NCBI GenBank assembly: GCA_032718475.1
Contig: JAUCBJ010007712.1
Span: forward strand, 41,721 to 105,720
Length of the DNA: 64,000 bases
Source of the DNA: Nemertoderma westbladi
Taxonomy: Eukaryota; Animalia; Xenacoelomorpha
Direction: 5' to 3'
Shown here: positions 1 through 16,141 of the stretch, in pieces
Position numbering within the stretch: the stretch's first letter is position 1
Layout: each line of letters starts with the position of its first letter
Translations under genes and position numbers: made by a program
The notes under the pieces: model-generated
What the model was told of the DNA's origin: nothing
The model's database searches: none
The model's input: only the letters and a program-made list of their open reading frames with translations

Positions 1-3000
1 GTTTCCCATCTGCACTAACTAACAACCTTGGTTTCCCATCTGCACTAACTAACAACATTGGTTTCCCATCTGCATTAACAATCTTGGTTTCCCATCTGCA
101 CTAACTAACAACCTTGGTTTCCCATCTGCACTAACTAACAACCTTGGTTTCCCATCTGCACTAACTAACAACCTTGGTTTCCCATCTGCACTAACTAACA
201 ACCTTGGTTTCCCATCTGCACTAACTAACAACATTGGTTTCCCATCTGCACTAACTAACAACCTTGGTTTCCCATCTACACTAACAACCTTGGTTTCCCA
301 TCTGCATTAACAACCTTGGTTTCCCATCTGCACTAACTAACAACCTTGGTTTCCCATCTGCACTAACTAACAACCATGGTTTCCCATCTGCACTAACTAA
401 CAACCTTGGTTTCCCATCTGCACTAACAACCTTGGTTTCCCATCTGCACTAACTAACAACCTTGGTTTCCCATCTGCACTAACAAACAACATTGGTTTCC
501 CATCTGCACTAACAACCTTGGTTTCCCATCTGCACTAACTAACAACCTTGGTTTCCCATCTGCACTAACTAACAACCTTGGTTTCCCATCTGCACTAACT
601 AACAACCTTGTTTCCCATCTGCATTAACAACCTTGGTTTCCCATCTGCATTAACAACATTGATTTCCCATCTACACTAACTAACAACCTTGGTTTCCCAT
701 CTACACTAACTAACAACCTTGGTTTCCCATCTACACTAACTAACAACCTTGGTTTCCCATCTACACTAACTAACAACATTGGTTTCCCATCTGCACTAAC
801 AACCTTGGTTTCCCATCTGCACTAACAACCTTGGTTTCCCATCTGCACTAACTAACAACATTAGTTTCCCATCTGCACTAACTAACAACCTTGGTTTCCC
901 ATCTGCACTAACTAACAACATTGGTTTCCCATCTGCACTAACTAACAACCTTGGTTTCCCATCTGCACTAACTAACAACATTGGTTTCCCATCTGAACTA
1001 ACTAACAACATTGGTCTCCCATCAACACTAACTAACAACCTTGATTTCCTATTTGCACTAACTTGCACTAACTGACTACCTTGGTTTCCCATCTGAACTA
1101 ACTAACAACCATGGTTTCCCCATCTGCACTAACTAACAACCTTGGTTTCCCATCTGCACTAACAACCTTGGTTTCCCATCTGCACTAACTAACAACCTTG
1201 GTTTCCCATCTGCACTAACTAACAACATTGGTTTCCCATCTGCACTAACAACCTTGGTTTCCCATCTGCACTAACTAACAACCTTGGTTTCCCATCTGCA
1301 CTAACTAACAACCTTGGTTTCCCATCTGCACTAACTAACAACATTAGTTTCCCATCTGCACTAACTAACAACCTTGGTTTCCCATCTGCACTAACTAACA
1401 ACCTTGGTTTCCCATCTGCACTAACTAACAACCTTGGTTTCCCATCTGCACTAACCAACAACCTTGGTTTCCCATCTGCACTAACTAACAACATTGGTTT
1501 CCCATCTGCACTAACTAACAACATTGGTTTCCCATCTGCACTAACAACCTTGGTTTCCCATCTGCACTAACTAACAACCTTGGTTTTCCATCTGCACTAA
1601 CTAACAACTTTGGTTTCCCATCTGCACTAACTAACAACCTTGGTTTCCCATCTGCACTAACTAACAACCTTGGTTTCCCATCTACACTAACAACATTGGT
1701 TTCCCATCTACACTAACAACCTTGGTTTCCCATCTGCATTAACAACATTGATTTCCCATCTACACTAAGTAACAACCTTGGTTACCCATCTACACTAACA
1801 ACCTTGGTTTCCCATCTGCATTAACGACATTGATTTCCCATCTACACTAAGTAACAACCTTGGTTTCCCATCTACACTAACTAACAACCTTGGTTTCCCA
1901 TCTGCACTAACTAACAACCTTGGTTTCCCATCTGCACTTACTAACAACCTTGGTTTCCCATCTGCACTAACTAACAACCTTGGTTTCCCATCTGCACTAA
2001 CTAACAACCTTGGTTTCCCATCTGCACTAACTAACAATCTTGGTTTCCCATCTGCACTAACAACCTGGGTTTCCTATCTGCACTAACTAACAACATTGGT
2101 TTCCCATCTGAACTAACTAACAACATTGGTTTCCCATCTGCCTAACTAACAATCTTGGTTTCCCTTCTGCACTAACAACCTTGGTTTCCCATCTGCACTA
2201 ACTAACAATCTTGGTTTCCCATCTGCACTAACAACCTTGGTTTCCCATCTGCACTAACTAACAACATTGATTTCCCATCTGAACTAACTAACAACATTGG
2301 TTTCCCATCTGCGCTAACAACCTTGGTTTCCCATCTACACTAACTAACAACCTTGGTTTCCCATCTGCTCTAACTAACAACATTGGTCTCCCATCTACAC
2401 TAACTAACAACCTTGGTTTCCCATCTGCTCTAACTAACAACATTGGTCTCCCATCTACACTAACTAACAACCTTGGTTTCCCATCTGCACTAACTAACAA
2501 CATTGGTTTCCCATCTGAACTAACTAACAACATTGGTTTCCCATCTGCACTAACTAACAACATTGGTTTCCCATCAGAACTAACTAACAACATTGGTTTC
2601 CCATCTGCACTAACTAACAACATTGGTTTCCCATCTGCGCTAACAACCTTGGTTTCCCATCTGCACTAACTAACAACCTTGGTCTCCCATCTGCTCTAAC
2701 TAACAACATTGGTCTCCCATCTACACTAACTAACAACCTTGGTTTCCCATCTGCACTAACTAACAACCTTGGTTTCCCATCTGCACTAACAACCTTGGTT
2801 TCCCATCTGCTCTAACTAACAACATTGGTCTCCCATCTACACTAACTAACAACCTTGGTTTCCCATCTGCACTAACTAACAACCTTGGTTTCCCATCTGC
2901 ACTAACAACCTTGGTTTCCCATCTGCACTAACTAACAACCTTGGTCTCCCATCTGCTCTAACTAATAACATTGGTCTCCCATCTACACTAACTAACAACC

Positions 3001-6000
3001 TTGGTTTCCCATCTGCACTAACTAACAACCTTGGTTTCCCATCTGCACTAACAACCTTGGTTTCCCATCTGCACTAACTAACAACATTGGTTTCCCATCT
3101 GCACTAACTAACAACATTGGTTTCCCATCTGCGCTAACAACCTTGGTTTCCCATCTGCACTAACTAACAACCTTGGTTTCCCATCTGCTCTAACTAACAA
3201 CCTTGGTTTCCCATCTGCACTAACTAACAACATTGGTTTCCCATCTGCACTAACTAACAACCTTGGTTTCCCATCTGCACTAACTAATAACATTGGTTTC
3301 CCATCTGCACTAACAACCTTGGTTTCCCATCTGCATTAACAACATTGATTTCCCATCTACACTAAGTAACAACCTTGGTTTCCCATCTACACTAACTAAC
3401 AACCTTGGTTTCCCATCTGCACTAACTAACAACCTTGGTTTCCCATCTGCACTTACTAACAACCTTGGTTTCCCATCTGCACTAACTAACAACCTTGGTT
3501 TCCCATCTGCACTAACTAACAACCTTGGTTTCCCATCTGCACTAACTAACAACCTTGGTTTCCCATCTGCACTAACTTACAACCTTGGTTTCCCATCTGC
3601 ACTAACTAACAATCTTGGTTTCCCATCTGCACTAACAACCTGGGTTTCCTATCTGCACTAACTAACAACATTGGTTTCCCATCTACACTAACAACCTTGG
3701 TTTCCCATCTGCATTAACGACATTGATTTCCCATCTACACTAAGTAACAACCTTGGTTTCCCATCTACACTAACTAACAACCTTGGTTTCCCATCTGCAC
3801 TAACTAACAACCTTGGTTTCCCATCTGCACTTACTAACAACCTTGGTTTCCCATCTGCACTAACTAACAACCTTGGTTTCCCATCTGCACTAACTTACAA
3901 CCTTGGTTTCCCATCTGCACTAACTAACAATCTTGGTTTCCCATCTGCACTAACAACCTGGGTTTCCTATCTGCACTAACTAACAACATTGGTTTCCCAT
4001 CTGAACTAACTAACAACATTGGTTTCCCATCTGCCTAACTAACAATCTTGGTTTCCCTTCTGCACTAACAACCTTGGTTTCCCATCTGCACTAACTAACA
4101 ATCTTGGTTTCCCATCTGCACTAACAACCTTGGTTTCCCATCTGCACTAACTAACAACATTGATTTCCCATCTGAACTAACTAACAACATTGGTTTCCCA
4201 TCTGCACTAACTAACAACATTGGTTTCCCATCTGCGCTAACAACCTTGGTTTCCCATCTACACTAACTAACAACCTTGGTTTCCCATCTGCTCTAACTAA
4301 CAACATTGGTCTCCCATCTACACTAACTAACAACCTTGGTTTCCCATCTGCTCTAACTAACAACATTGGTCTCCCATCTACACTAACTAACAACCTTGGT
4401 TTCCCATCTGCACTAACTAACAACATTGGTTTCCCATCTGAACTAACTAACAACATTGGTTTCCCATCTGCACTAACTAACAACATTGGTTTCCCATCTG
4501 AACTAACTAACAACATTGGTTTCCCATCTGCACTAACTAACAACATTGGTTTCCCATCTGCGCTAACAACCTTGGTTTCCCATCTGCACTAACTAACAAC
4601 CTTGGTCTCCCATCTGCTCTAACTAACAACATTGGTCTCCCATCTACACTAACTAACAACCTTGGTTTCCCATCTGCACTAACTAACAACCTTGGTTTCC
4701 CATCTGCACTAACAACCTTGGTTTCCCATCTGCACTAACTAACAACATTGGTTTCCCATCTGCACTAACTAACAACATTGGTTTCCCATCTGCGCTAACA
4801 ACCTTGGTTTCCCATCTGCACTAACTAACAACCTTGGTTTCCCATCTGCTCTAACTAACAACCTTGGTTTCCCATCTGCACTAACTAACAACATTGGTTT
4901 CCCATCTGCACTAACTAACAACCTTGGTTTCCCATCTGCACTAACTAATAACATTGGTTTCCCATCTGCACTAACAACCTTGGTTTCCCATCTGCACTAA
5001 CTAACAACATTGGTTTCCCATCTGCACTAACAACCTTGGTTTCCCATCTGCACTAACTAACAACCTTGGTTTCCCATCTGCACTAACTAACAACATTGGT
5101 TTCCCATCTGCACTAACAACCTTGGTTTCCCATCTGCACTAACTAACAACCTTGGTTTTCTATCTGCACTTACTAACAACATTGGTTTCCCATCTGCACT
5201 AACTAACAACCTTGGTTTCCCATCTGCACTAACTAACAACATTGGTTTCCCATCTGCACTAACAACCTTGGTTTCCCATCTGCACTAACTAACAACATTG
5301 GTTTCCCATCTGCACTAACAACCTTGGTTACCCATCTGCACTAACTAACAACCTTGGTTTCCCATCTGCACTAACTAACAACTTTGGTTTCCCATCTGCA
5401 CTAACTAACAACATTGGTTTCCCATCTGCACTAACTAACAACCTTGGTTTCCCATCTGCACTAACTAACAACATTGGTTTCCCATCTGCACTAACAACCT
5501 TGGTTTCCCATCTGCACTAACTAACAACATTGGTTTCCCATCTGCACTAACAACCTTGGTTTCCCATCTGCACTAACAACCTTGGTTTCCCATCTGCACT
5601 AACTAACAACCTTGGTTTCCCATCTGAACTAACTAACAACATTGGATTCCCATCTGCACTAACTAACAACCTTGGTTTCCCATCTGCACTAACTAACAAC
5701 ATTGGTTTCCCATCTGCACTAACAACCTTGGTTTCCCATCTGCACTAACTAACAACATTGGTTTCCCATCTGCACTAACAACCTTGGTTTCCCATCTGCA
5801 CTAACTAACAACCTTGGTTTCCCATCTGCACTAACTAACAACATTGGTTTCCCATCTGCACTAACTAACAACCTTGGTTTCCCATCTGCACTAACTAACA
5901 ACATTGGTTTCCCATCTGCACTAACAACCTTGGTTTCCCATCTGCACTAACTAACAACATTGGTTTCCCATCTGCACTAACTAACAACATTGGTTTCCCA

Positions 6001-9000
6001 TCTGCACTAACTAACAACCTTGGTTTCCCATCTGCACTAACTAACAACATTGGTTTCCCATCTGCACTAACTAACAACCTTGGTTTCCCATCTGCACTAA
6101 CTAACAACATTGGTTTCCCATCTGCACTAACAACCTTGGTTTCCCATCTGCACTAACTAACAACCTTGGTTTCCCATCTGCACTAACTAACAACATTGGT
6201 TTCCCATCTGCACTAACTAACAACCTTGGTTTCCCATCTGCACTAACTAACAACATTGGTTTCCCATCTGCACTAACAACCTTGGTTTCCCATCTGCACT
6301 AACTAACAACATTGGTTTCCCATCTGCACTAACAACCTTGGTTTCCCATCTGCACTAACTAACAACCTTGGTTTCCCATCTGCACTAACTAACAACATTG
6401 GTTTCCCATCTGCACTAACAACCTTGGTTTCCCATCTGCACTAACTAACAACCTTGGTTTTCCATCTGCACTTACTAACAACATTGGTTTCCCATCTGCA
6501 CTAACTAACAACCTTGGTTTCCCATCTGCACTAACTAACAACATTGGTTTCCCATCTGCACTAACAACCTTGGTTTCCCATCTGCACTAACTAACAACAT
6601 TGGTTTCCCATCTGCACTAACAACCTTGGTTTCCCATCTGCACTAACTAACAACCTTGGTTTCCCATCTGCACTAACTAACAACTTTGGTTTCCAATCTG
6701 CACTAACTAACAACATTGGTTTCCCATCTGCACTAACTAACAACCTTGGTTTCCCATCTGCACTAACTAACAACATTGGTTTCCCATCTGCACTAACAAC
6801 CTTGGTTTCCCATCTGCACTAACTAACAACATTGGTTTCCCATCTGCACTAACAACCTTGGTTTCCCATCTGCACTAACAACCTTGGTTTCCCATCTGCA
6901 CTAACTAACAACCTTGGTTTCCCATCTGCACTAACAACCTTGGTTTCCCATCTGCACTAACTAACAACCTTGGTTTCCCATCTGCACTATCTAACAACCT
7001 TGGTTTCCCATCTGCCCTATCTAACAACCTTGGTTTCCCATCTGAACTAACTAACAACATTGGATTTCCATCTGCACTAACTAACAACCTTGGTTTCCCA
7101 TCTGCACTAACTAACAACATTGGTTTCCCATCTGCACTAACAACCTTGGTTTCCCATCTGCACTAACTAACAACATTGGTTTCCCATCTGCACTAACAAC
7201 CTTGGTTTCCCATCTGCACTAACTAACAACCATGGTTTCCCATCTGCACTAACAACCTTGGTTTCCCATCTGCACTAACTAACAACCATGGTTTCCCATC
7301 TGCACTAACTAACAACATTGGTTTCCCATCTGCACTAACTAACAACCTTGGTTTCCCATCTGCACTAACTAACAACATTGGTTTCCCATCTGCACTAACA
7401 ACCTTGGTTTCCCATCTGCACTAACTAACAACATTGGTTTCCCATCTGCACTAACAACCTTGGTTTCCCATCTGCACTAACTAACAACCTTGGTTTCCCA
7501 TCTGCACTAACTAACAACTTTGGTTTCCAATCTGCACTAACTAACAACATTGGTTTCCCATCTGCACTAACTAACAACCTTGGTTTCCCATCTGCACTAA
7601 CTAACAACATTGGTTTCCCATCTGCATTAACAACCTTGGTTTCCCATCTGCACTAACAAACAACATTGGTTTCCCATCTGCACTAACAACCTTGGTTTCC
7701 CATCTGCACTAACTAACAACCTTGGTTTCCCATCTGCACTAACTAACAACATTGGTTTCCCATCTGCACTAACAACCTTGGTTTCCCATCTGCACTAACT
7801 AACAACATTGGTTTCCCATCTGCACTAACAACCTTGGTTTCCCATCTGCACTAGCTAACAACCTTGATTTCCCATCTGCACTAACTAACAACCTTGGTTT
7901 CCCATCTGCACTAACTAACAACATTGGTTTCCCATCTGCACTAACTAACAACCTTGGTTTCCCATCTTCACTAACTAACAACCTTGGTTTCCCATCTGCA
8001 CTGCACTAACTAACAACCTTGGTTTCCCATCTGCACTAACTAACAACATTGGTTCCCCATCTGCACTAACAACCTTGGTTTCCCATCTGCACTAACTAAC
8101 AACATTGGTTTCCCATCTGCACTAACAACCTTGGTTTCCATTCTGCACTAACTAACAACCTTGGTTTTCCATCTGCACTTACTAACAACATTGGTTTCCC
8201 ATCTGCACTAACTAACAACCTTGGTTTCCCATCTGCACTAACTAACAACATTGGTTTCCCATCTGCACTAACAACCTTGTTTTCCCATCTGCACTAACTA
8301 ACAACATTGGTTTCCCATCTGCACTAACAACCTTGGTTTCCCATCTGCACTAACTAACATCCTTGGTTTCCCATCTGCACTAACTAACAACTTTGGTTTC
8401 CCATCTGCACTAACTAACAACATTGGTTTCCCATCTGCACTAACTAACAACCTTGGTTTCCCATCTGCACTAACTAACAACATTGGTTTCCCATCTGCAC
8501 TAACAACCTTGGTTTCCCATCTGCACTAACTAACAACATTGGTTTCCCATCTGCACTAACAACCTTGGTTTCCCATCTGCACTAACAACCTTGGTTTCCC
8601 ATCTGCACTAACTAACAACCTTGGTTTCCCATCTGAACTAACTAACAACATTGGATTCCCATCTGCACTAACTAACAACCTTGGTTTCCCATCTGCACTA
8701 ACTAACAACATTGGTTTCCCATCTGCACTAACAACCTTGGTTTCCCATCTGCACTAACTAACAACCTTGGTTTCCCATCTGCACTAACAACCTTGGTTTC
8801 CCATCTGCACTAACTAACAACCTTGGTTTCCCATCTGCACTATCTAACAACCTTGGTTTCCCATCTGCACTATCTAACAACCTTGGTTTCCCATCTGCAC
8901 TAACTAACAACCTTGGTTTCCCATCTGCACTAACAACCTTGGTTTCCCATCTGCACTAACTAACAACATTGATTTCCCGTCTGAACTAACTAACAACATT

Positions 9001-12000
9001 GGTTTCCCATCTGCACTAACTAACAACATTGGTTTCCCATCTGCGCTAACAACCTTGGTTTCCCATCTACACTAACTAACAACCTTGGTTTCCCATCTGC
9101 TCTAACTAACAACATTGGTCTCCCATCAACTGCACTAACAACCTTGGTTTCCCATCTGCACTAACTAACAACCTTGGTTTCCCATCTGCACTAACTAACA
9201 ACATTGGTTTCCCATCTGCACTAACAACCTTGGTTTCCCATCTGCACTAACTAACAACCTTGGTTTCCCATCTGCACTAACTAACAACCTTGGTTTCCCA
9301 TCCATCTGCACTAACTAACAACATTGGTTTCCCATCTGCACTAACTAACAACCTTGGTTTCCCATCTTCACTAACTAACAACCTTGGTTTCCCATCTGCA
9401 CTGCACTAACTAACAACCTTGGTTTCTCATCTGCACTAACTAACAACATTGGTTTCCCATCTGCATTAACAACCTTGGTTTCCCATCTGCACTAACTAAC
9501 AACATTGGTTTCCCATCTGCACTAACAACCTTGGTTTCCCATCTGCACTAACTAACAACCTTGGTTTCCCATCTGCACTAACTAACAACATTGGTTTCCC
9601 ATCTGCACTAACAACCTTGGTTTCCCATCTGCACTAACTAACAACATTGGTTTCCCATCTGCACTAACAACCTTGGTTTCCCATCTGCACTAGCTAACAA
9701 CCTTGGTTTCCCATCTGCACTAACTAACAACCTTGGTTTCCCATCTGCACTAACTAACAACATTGGTTTCCCATCTGCACTAACTAACAACCTTGGTTTC
9801 CCATCTTCACTAACTAACAACCTTGGTTTCCCATCTGCACTGCACTAACTAACAACCTTGGTTTCCCATCTGCACTAACTAACAACATTGGTTTCCCATC
9901 TGCACTAACAACCTTGGTTTCCCATCTGCACTAACTAACAACATTGGTTTCCCATCTGCACTAACAACCTTGGTTTCCCATCTGCACTAACTAACAACCT
10001 TGGTTTCCCATCTGCACTAACTAACAACTTTGGTTTCCCATCTGCACTAACTAACAACATTGGTTTCCCATCTGCACTAACTAACAACCTTGGTTTCCCA
10101 TCTGCACTAACTAACAACCTTGGTTTCCCATCTGCACTAACTAACAACCTTGGTTTCCCATCTGCACTAACTAACAACCTTGGTTTCCCATCTGCACTAA
10201 CAACCTTGGTTTCCCATCTGCACTAACTAACAACATTGGTTTCCCATCTGCACTAACAACCTTGGTTTCCCATCTGCACTAACAACCTTGGTTTCCCATC
10301 TGCACTAACTAACAACATTGGTTTCCCATCTGCACTAACAACCTTGGTTTCCCATCTGCACTAACAACCTTGGTTTCCCATCTGCACTAACTAACAACCT
10401 TGGTTTCCCATCTGAACTAACTAACAACATTGGATTCCCATCTGCACTAACTAACAACCTTGGTTTCCCATCTGCACTAACTAACAACATTGGTTTCCCA
10501 TCTGCACTAACAACCTTGGTTTCCCATCTGCACTAACTAACAACATTGGTTTCCCATCTGCACTAACAACCTTGGTTTCCCATCTGCACTAACTAACAAC
10601 CTTGGTTTCCCATCTGCACTAACTAACAACATTGGTTTCCCATCTGCACTAACTAACAACCTTGGTTTCCCATCTGCACTAACTAACAACATTGGTTTCC
10701 CATCTGCACTAACAACCTTGGTTTCCCATCTGCACTAACTAACAACATTGGTTTCCCATCTGCACTAACAACCTTGGTTTCCCATCTGCACTAACAACCT
10801 TGGTTTCCCATCTGCACTAACTAACAACCTTGGTTTCCCATCTGCACTAACAACCTTGGTTTCCCATCTGCACTAACTAACAACCTTGGTTTCCCATCTG
10901 CACTAACTAACAACATTGGTTTCCCATCTGCACTAACAACCTTGGTTTCCCATCTGCACTAACTAACAACATTGGTTTCCCATCTGCACTAACAACCTTG
11001 GTTTCCCATCTGCACTACTAACAACCTTGGTTTCCCATCTGCACTAACTAACAACCTTGGTTTCCCATCTGCACTAACTAACAACATTGGTTTCCCATCT
11101 GCACTAACTAACAACCTTGGTTTCCCATCTGCACTAACTAACAACCTTGGTTTCCCATCTGCACTAACTAACAACCTTGGTTTCCCATCTGCACTAACTA
11201 ACAACATTGGTTTCCCATCTGCACTAACAACCTTGGTTTCCCATCTGCACTAACTAACAACATTGGTTTCCCATCTGCACTAACAACCTTGGTTTCCCAT
11301 CTGCACTAACTAACAACCTTGGTTTCCCATCTGCACTAACTAACAACTTGGTTTCCCATCTGCACTAACTAACAACATTGGTTTCCCATCTGCACTAACT
11401 AACAACCTTGGTTTCCCATCTGCACTAACTAACAACCTTGGTTTCCCATCTGCACTAACTAACAACCTTGGTTTCCCATCTGCACTAACTAACAACCTTG
11501 GTTTCCCATCTGCACTAACAACCTTGGTTTCCCATCTGCACTAACTAACAACATTGGTTTCCCATCTGCACTAACAACCTTGGTTTCCCATCTGCACTAA
11601 CAACCTTGGTTTCCCATCTGCACTAACTAACAACATTGGTTTCCCATCTGCACTAACAACCTTGGTTTCCCATCTGCACTAACACCTTGGTTTCCCATCT
11701 GCACTAACTAACAACTTGGTTTCCCATCTGAACTAACTAACAACATTGGTTTCCCATCTGCACTAACTAACAACCTTGGTTTCCCATCTGCACTAACAAC
11801 CTTGGTTTCCCATCTGCACTAACTAACAACATTGGTTTCCCATCTGCACTAACAAACTTGGTTTCCCATCTGCACTAACTAACAACCTTGGTTTCCCATC
11901 TGCACTAACTAACAACATTGGTTTCCCATCTGCACTAACTAACAACCTTGGTTTCCCATCTGCACTAACTAACAACATTGGTTTCCCATCTGCACTAACA

Positions 12001-15000
12001 ACCTTGGTTTCCCATCTGCACTAACTAACAACATTGGTTTCCCATCTGCACTAACAACCTTGGTTTCCCATCTGCACTAACAACCTTGGTTTCCCATCTG
12101 CACTAACTAACAACCTTGGTTTCCCATCTGCACTAACAACCTTGGTTTCCCATCTGCACTAACTAACAACCTTGGTTTCCCATCTGCACTAACTAACAAC
12201 ATTGGTTTCCCATCTGCACTAACAACCTTGGTTTCCCATCTGCACTAACTAACAACATTGGTTTCCCATCTGCACTAACAACCTTGGTTTCCCATCTGCA
12301 CTAACAACCTTGGTTTCCCATCTGCACTAACTAACAACCTTGGTTTCCCATCTGAACTAACTAACAACATTGGATTCCCATCTGCACTAACTAACAACCT
12401 TGGTTTCCCATCTGCACTAACTAACAACATTGGTTTCCCATCTGCACTAACAACCTTGGTTTCCCATCTGCACTAACTAACAACATTGGTTTCCCATCTG
12501 CACTAACAACCTTGGTTTCCCATCTGCACTAACTAACAACCTTGGTTTCCCATCTGCACTAACTAACAACATTGGTTTCCCATCTGCACTAACTAACAAC
12601 CTTGGTTTCCCATCTGCACTAACTAACAACCTTGGTTTCCCATCTGCACTAACTAACAACCTTGGTTTCCCATCTGCACTAACTAACAACATTGGTTTCC
12701 CATCTGCACTAACAACCTTGGTTTCCCATCTGCACTAACTAACAACATTGGTTTCCCATCTGCACTAACAACCTTGGTTTCCCATCTGCACTAACAACCT
12801 TGGTTTCCCATCTGCACTAACTAACAACCTTGGTTTCCCATCTGAACTAACTAACAACATTGGATTCCCATCTGCACTAACTAACAACCTTGGTTTCCCA
12901 TCTGCACTAACTAACAACATTGGTTTCCCATCTGCACTAACAACCTTGGTTTCCCATCTGCACTAACTAACAACATTGGTTTCCCATCTGCACTAACAAC
13001 CTTGGTTTCCCATCTGCACTAACTAACAACCTTGGTTTCCCATCTGCACTAACTAACAACATTGGTTTCCCATCTGCACTAACTAACAACCTTGGTTTCC
13101 CATCTGCACTAACTAACAACATTGGTTTCCCATCTGCACTAACAACCTTGGTTTCCCATCTGCACTAACTAACAACATTGGTTTCCCATCTGCACTAACT
13201 AACAACCTTGGTTTCCCATCTGCACTAACTAACAACATTGGTTTCCCATCTGCACTAACAACATTGGTTTCCCATCTGCACTAACTAACAACCTTGGTTT
13301 CCCATCTGCACTAACTAACAACATTGGTTTCCCATCTGCACTAACAACCTTGGTTTCCCATCTGCACTAACTAACAACATTGGTTTCCCATCTGCACTAA
13401 CTAACAACCTTGGTTTCCCATCTGCACTAACTAACAACATTGGTTTCCCATCTGCACTAACAACCTGGGTTTCCTATCTGCACTAACTAACAACATTGGT
13501 TTCCCATCTGAACTAACTAACAACATTGGTTTCCCATCTGCACTAACTAACAATCTTGGTTTCCCATCTGCACTAACAACCTTGGTTTCCCATCTGCACT
13601 AACTAACAATCTTGGTTTCCCATCTGCACTAACAACCTTGGTTTCCCATCTGCACTAACTAACAACATTGATTTCCCGTCTGAACTAACTATCAACATTG
13701 GTTTCCCATCTGCACTAACTAACAACATTGGTTTCCCATCTGCGCTAACAACCTTGGTTTCCCATCTACACTAACTAACAACCTTGGTTTCCCATCTGCT
13801 CTAACTAACAACATTGGTCTCCCATCAACTGCACTAACAACCTTGGTTTCCCATCTGCACTAACTAACAACCTTGGTTTCCCATCTGCACTAACTAACAA
13901 CATTGGTTTCCCATCTGCACTAACTAACAACCTTGGTTTCCCATCTGCACTAACTAACAACCTTGGTTTCCCATCTGCACTTACTAACAACATTAGTTTC
14001 CCATCTGCACTAACTAACAACCTTGGTTTCCCATCTGCACTAACTAACAACATTGGTTTCCCATCTGAACTAACTAACAACATTGGTCTCCCATCAACAC
14101 TAACTAACAACCTTGGTTTCCTATTTGCACTAACTTGCACTAACTAACAACCTTGGTTTCCCATCTGAACTAACTAACAACATTGGATTCCCATCTGCAC
14201 TAACTAACAACCTTGGTTTCCCATCTGCACTAACTAACAACATTGGTTTCCCATCTGCACTAACAACCTTGGTTTCCCATCTGCACTAACTAACAACATT
14301 GGTTTCCCATCTGCACTAACAACCTTGGTTTCCCATCTGCACTAACTAACAACCTTGGTTTCCCATCTGCACTAACTAACAACATTGGTTTCCCATCTGC
14401 ACTAACTAACAACCTTGGTTTCCCATCTGCACTAACTAACAACATTGGTTTCCCATCTGCACTAACTAACAACCTTGGTTTCCCATCTGCACTAACTAAC
14501 AACATTGGTTTCCCATCTGCACTAACAACCTTGGTTTCCCATCTGCACTAACTAACAACATTGGTTTCCCATCTGCACTAACAACCTTGGTTTCCCATCT
14601 GCACTAACTAACAACCTTGGTTTCCCATCTGAACTAACTAACAACATTGGATTCCCATCTGCACTAACTAACAACCTTGGTTTCCCATCTGCACTAACTA
14701 ACAACATTGGTTTCCCATCTGCACTAACAACCTTGGTTTCCCATCTGCACTAACTAACAACATTGGTTTCCCATCTGCACTAACAACCTTGGTTTCCCAT
14801 CTGCACTAACTAACAACCTTGGTTTCCCATCTGCACTAACTAACAACATTGGTTTCCCATCTGCACTAACTAACAACCTTGGTTTCCCATCTGCACTAAC
14901 TAACAACATTGGTTTCCCATCTGCACTAACAACCTTGGTTTCCCATCTGCACTAACTAACAACATTGGTTTCCCATCTGCACTAACTAACAACCTTGGTT

Positions 15001-15957
15001 TCCCATCTGCACTAACTAACAACGTTGGTTTCCCATCTGCACTAACAACATTGGTTTCCCATCTGCACTAACTAACAACCTTGGTTTCCCATCTGCACTA
15101 ACTAACAACATTGGTTTCCCATCTGCATTAACAACCTTGGTTTCCCATCTGCACTAACTAACAACATTGGTTTCCCATCTGCACTAACTAACAACCTTGG
15201 TTTCCCATCTGCACTAACTAACAACATTGGTTTCCCATCTGCACTAACAACCTGGGTTTCCTATCTGCACTAACTAACAACATTGGTTTCCCATCTGAAC
15301 TAACTAACAACATTGGTTTCTCATCTGCACTAACTAACAATCTTGGTTTCCCATCTGCACTAACAACCTTGGTTTCCCATCTGCACTAACTAACAATCTT
15401 GGTTTCCCATCTGCACTAACAACCTTGGTTTCCCATCTGCACTAACTAACAACATTGATTTCCCGTCTGAACTAACTATCAACATTGGTTTCCCATCTGC
15501 ACTAACTAACAACATTGGTTTCCCATCTGCGCTAACAACCTTGGTTTCCCATCTACACTAACTAACAACCTTGGTTTCCCATCTGCTCTAACTAACAACA
15601 TTGGTCTCCCATCAACTGCACTAACAACCTTGGTTTCCCATCTGCACTAACTAATAACCTTGGTTTCCCATCTGCACTAACTAACAACATTGGTTTCCCA
15701 TCTGCACTAACTAACAACCTTGGTTTCCCATCTGCACTAACTAACAACCTTGGTTTCCCATCTGCACTTACTAACAACATTAGTTTCCCATCTGCACTAA
15801 CTAACAACATTGGTTTCCCATCTGCACTAACTAACAACATTGGTTTCCCATCTGAACTAACTAACAACATTGGTCTCCCATCAACACTAACTAACAACCT
15901 TGGTTTCCTATTTGCACTAACTTGCACTAACTGACTACCTTGGTTTCCCATCTGAAC
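1..15957. repeat. Satellite array, monomer GGTTTCCCATCTGCACTAAC(TAAC)AAC(C/A)TT, 30 bp or 26 bp, roughly 550 copies; continues off the left edge
   Basis: Directly visible tandem repeat. The main variants are presence or absence of one TAAC and CCTT versus CATT. Copy number is estimated from array length divided by unit size. Confidence 0.99.
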
Positions 15958-16090
15958 TACCTATCAACCTTAAATTCGCACCTGCACGAACTACAGTATC
16001 TAACAACATTGGTTTCCAAAGAGAACCCACAAATATGAACTAACAAATAGAACTGACAAATCGAACTGACAAATCGAACTGACAAATATC
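15958..16090. repeat. Degenerate satellite border with a 14-bp GAACTGACAAAT(C/A) triplet
   Basis: Decayed monomer pieces (CTAACAACATTGGTTTCC at about 16000-16017) are followed by gaactgacaaatc x3. Confidence 0.7.
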
Positions 16091-16141
16091 TTACAACATG
16101 GCCGGCAACTCTCAATACAGTACAGAGTTCGTTTAACTTAC

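Noticed and set aside
49-15951. Dozens of LLVSADGKPR ORFs
   Set aside because: They result from a stop-free frame in the 30-bp monomer and are broken at every 26-bp variant.
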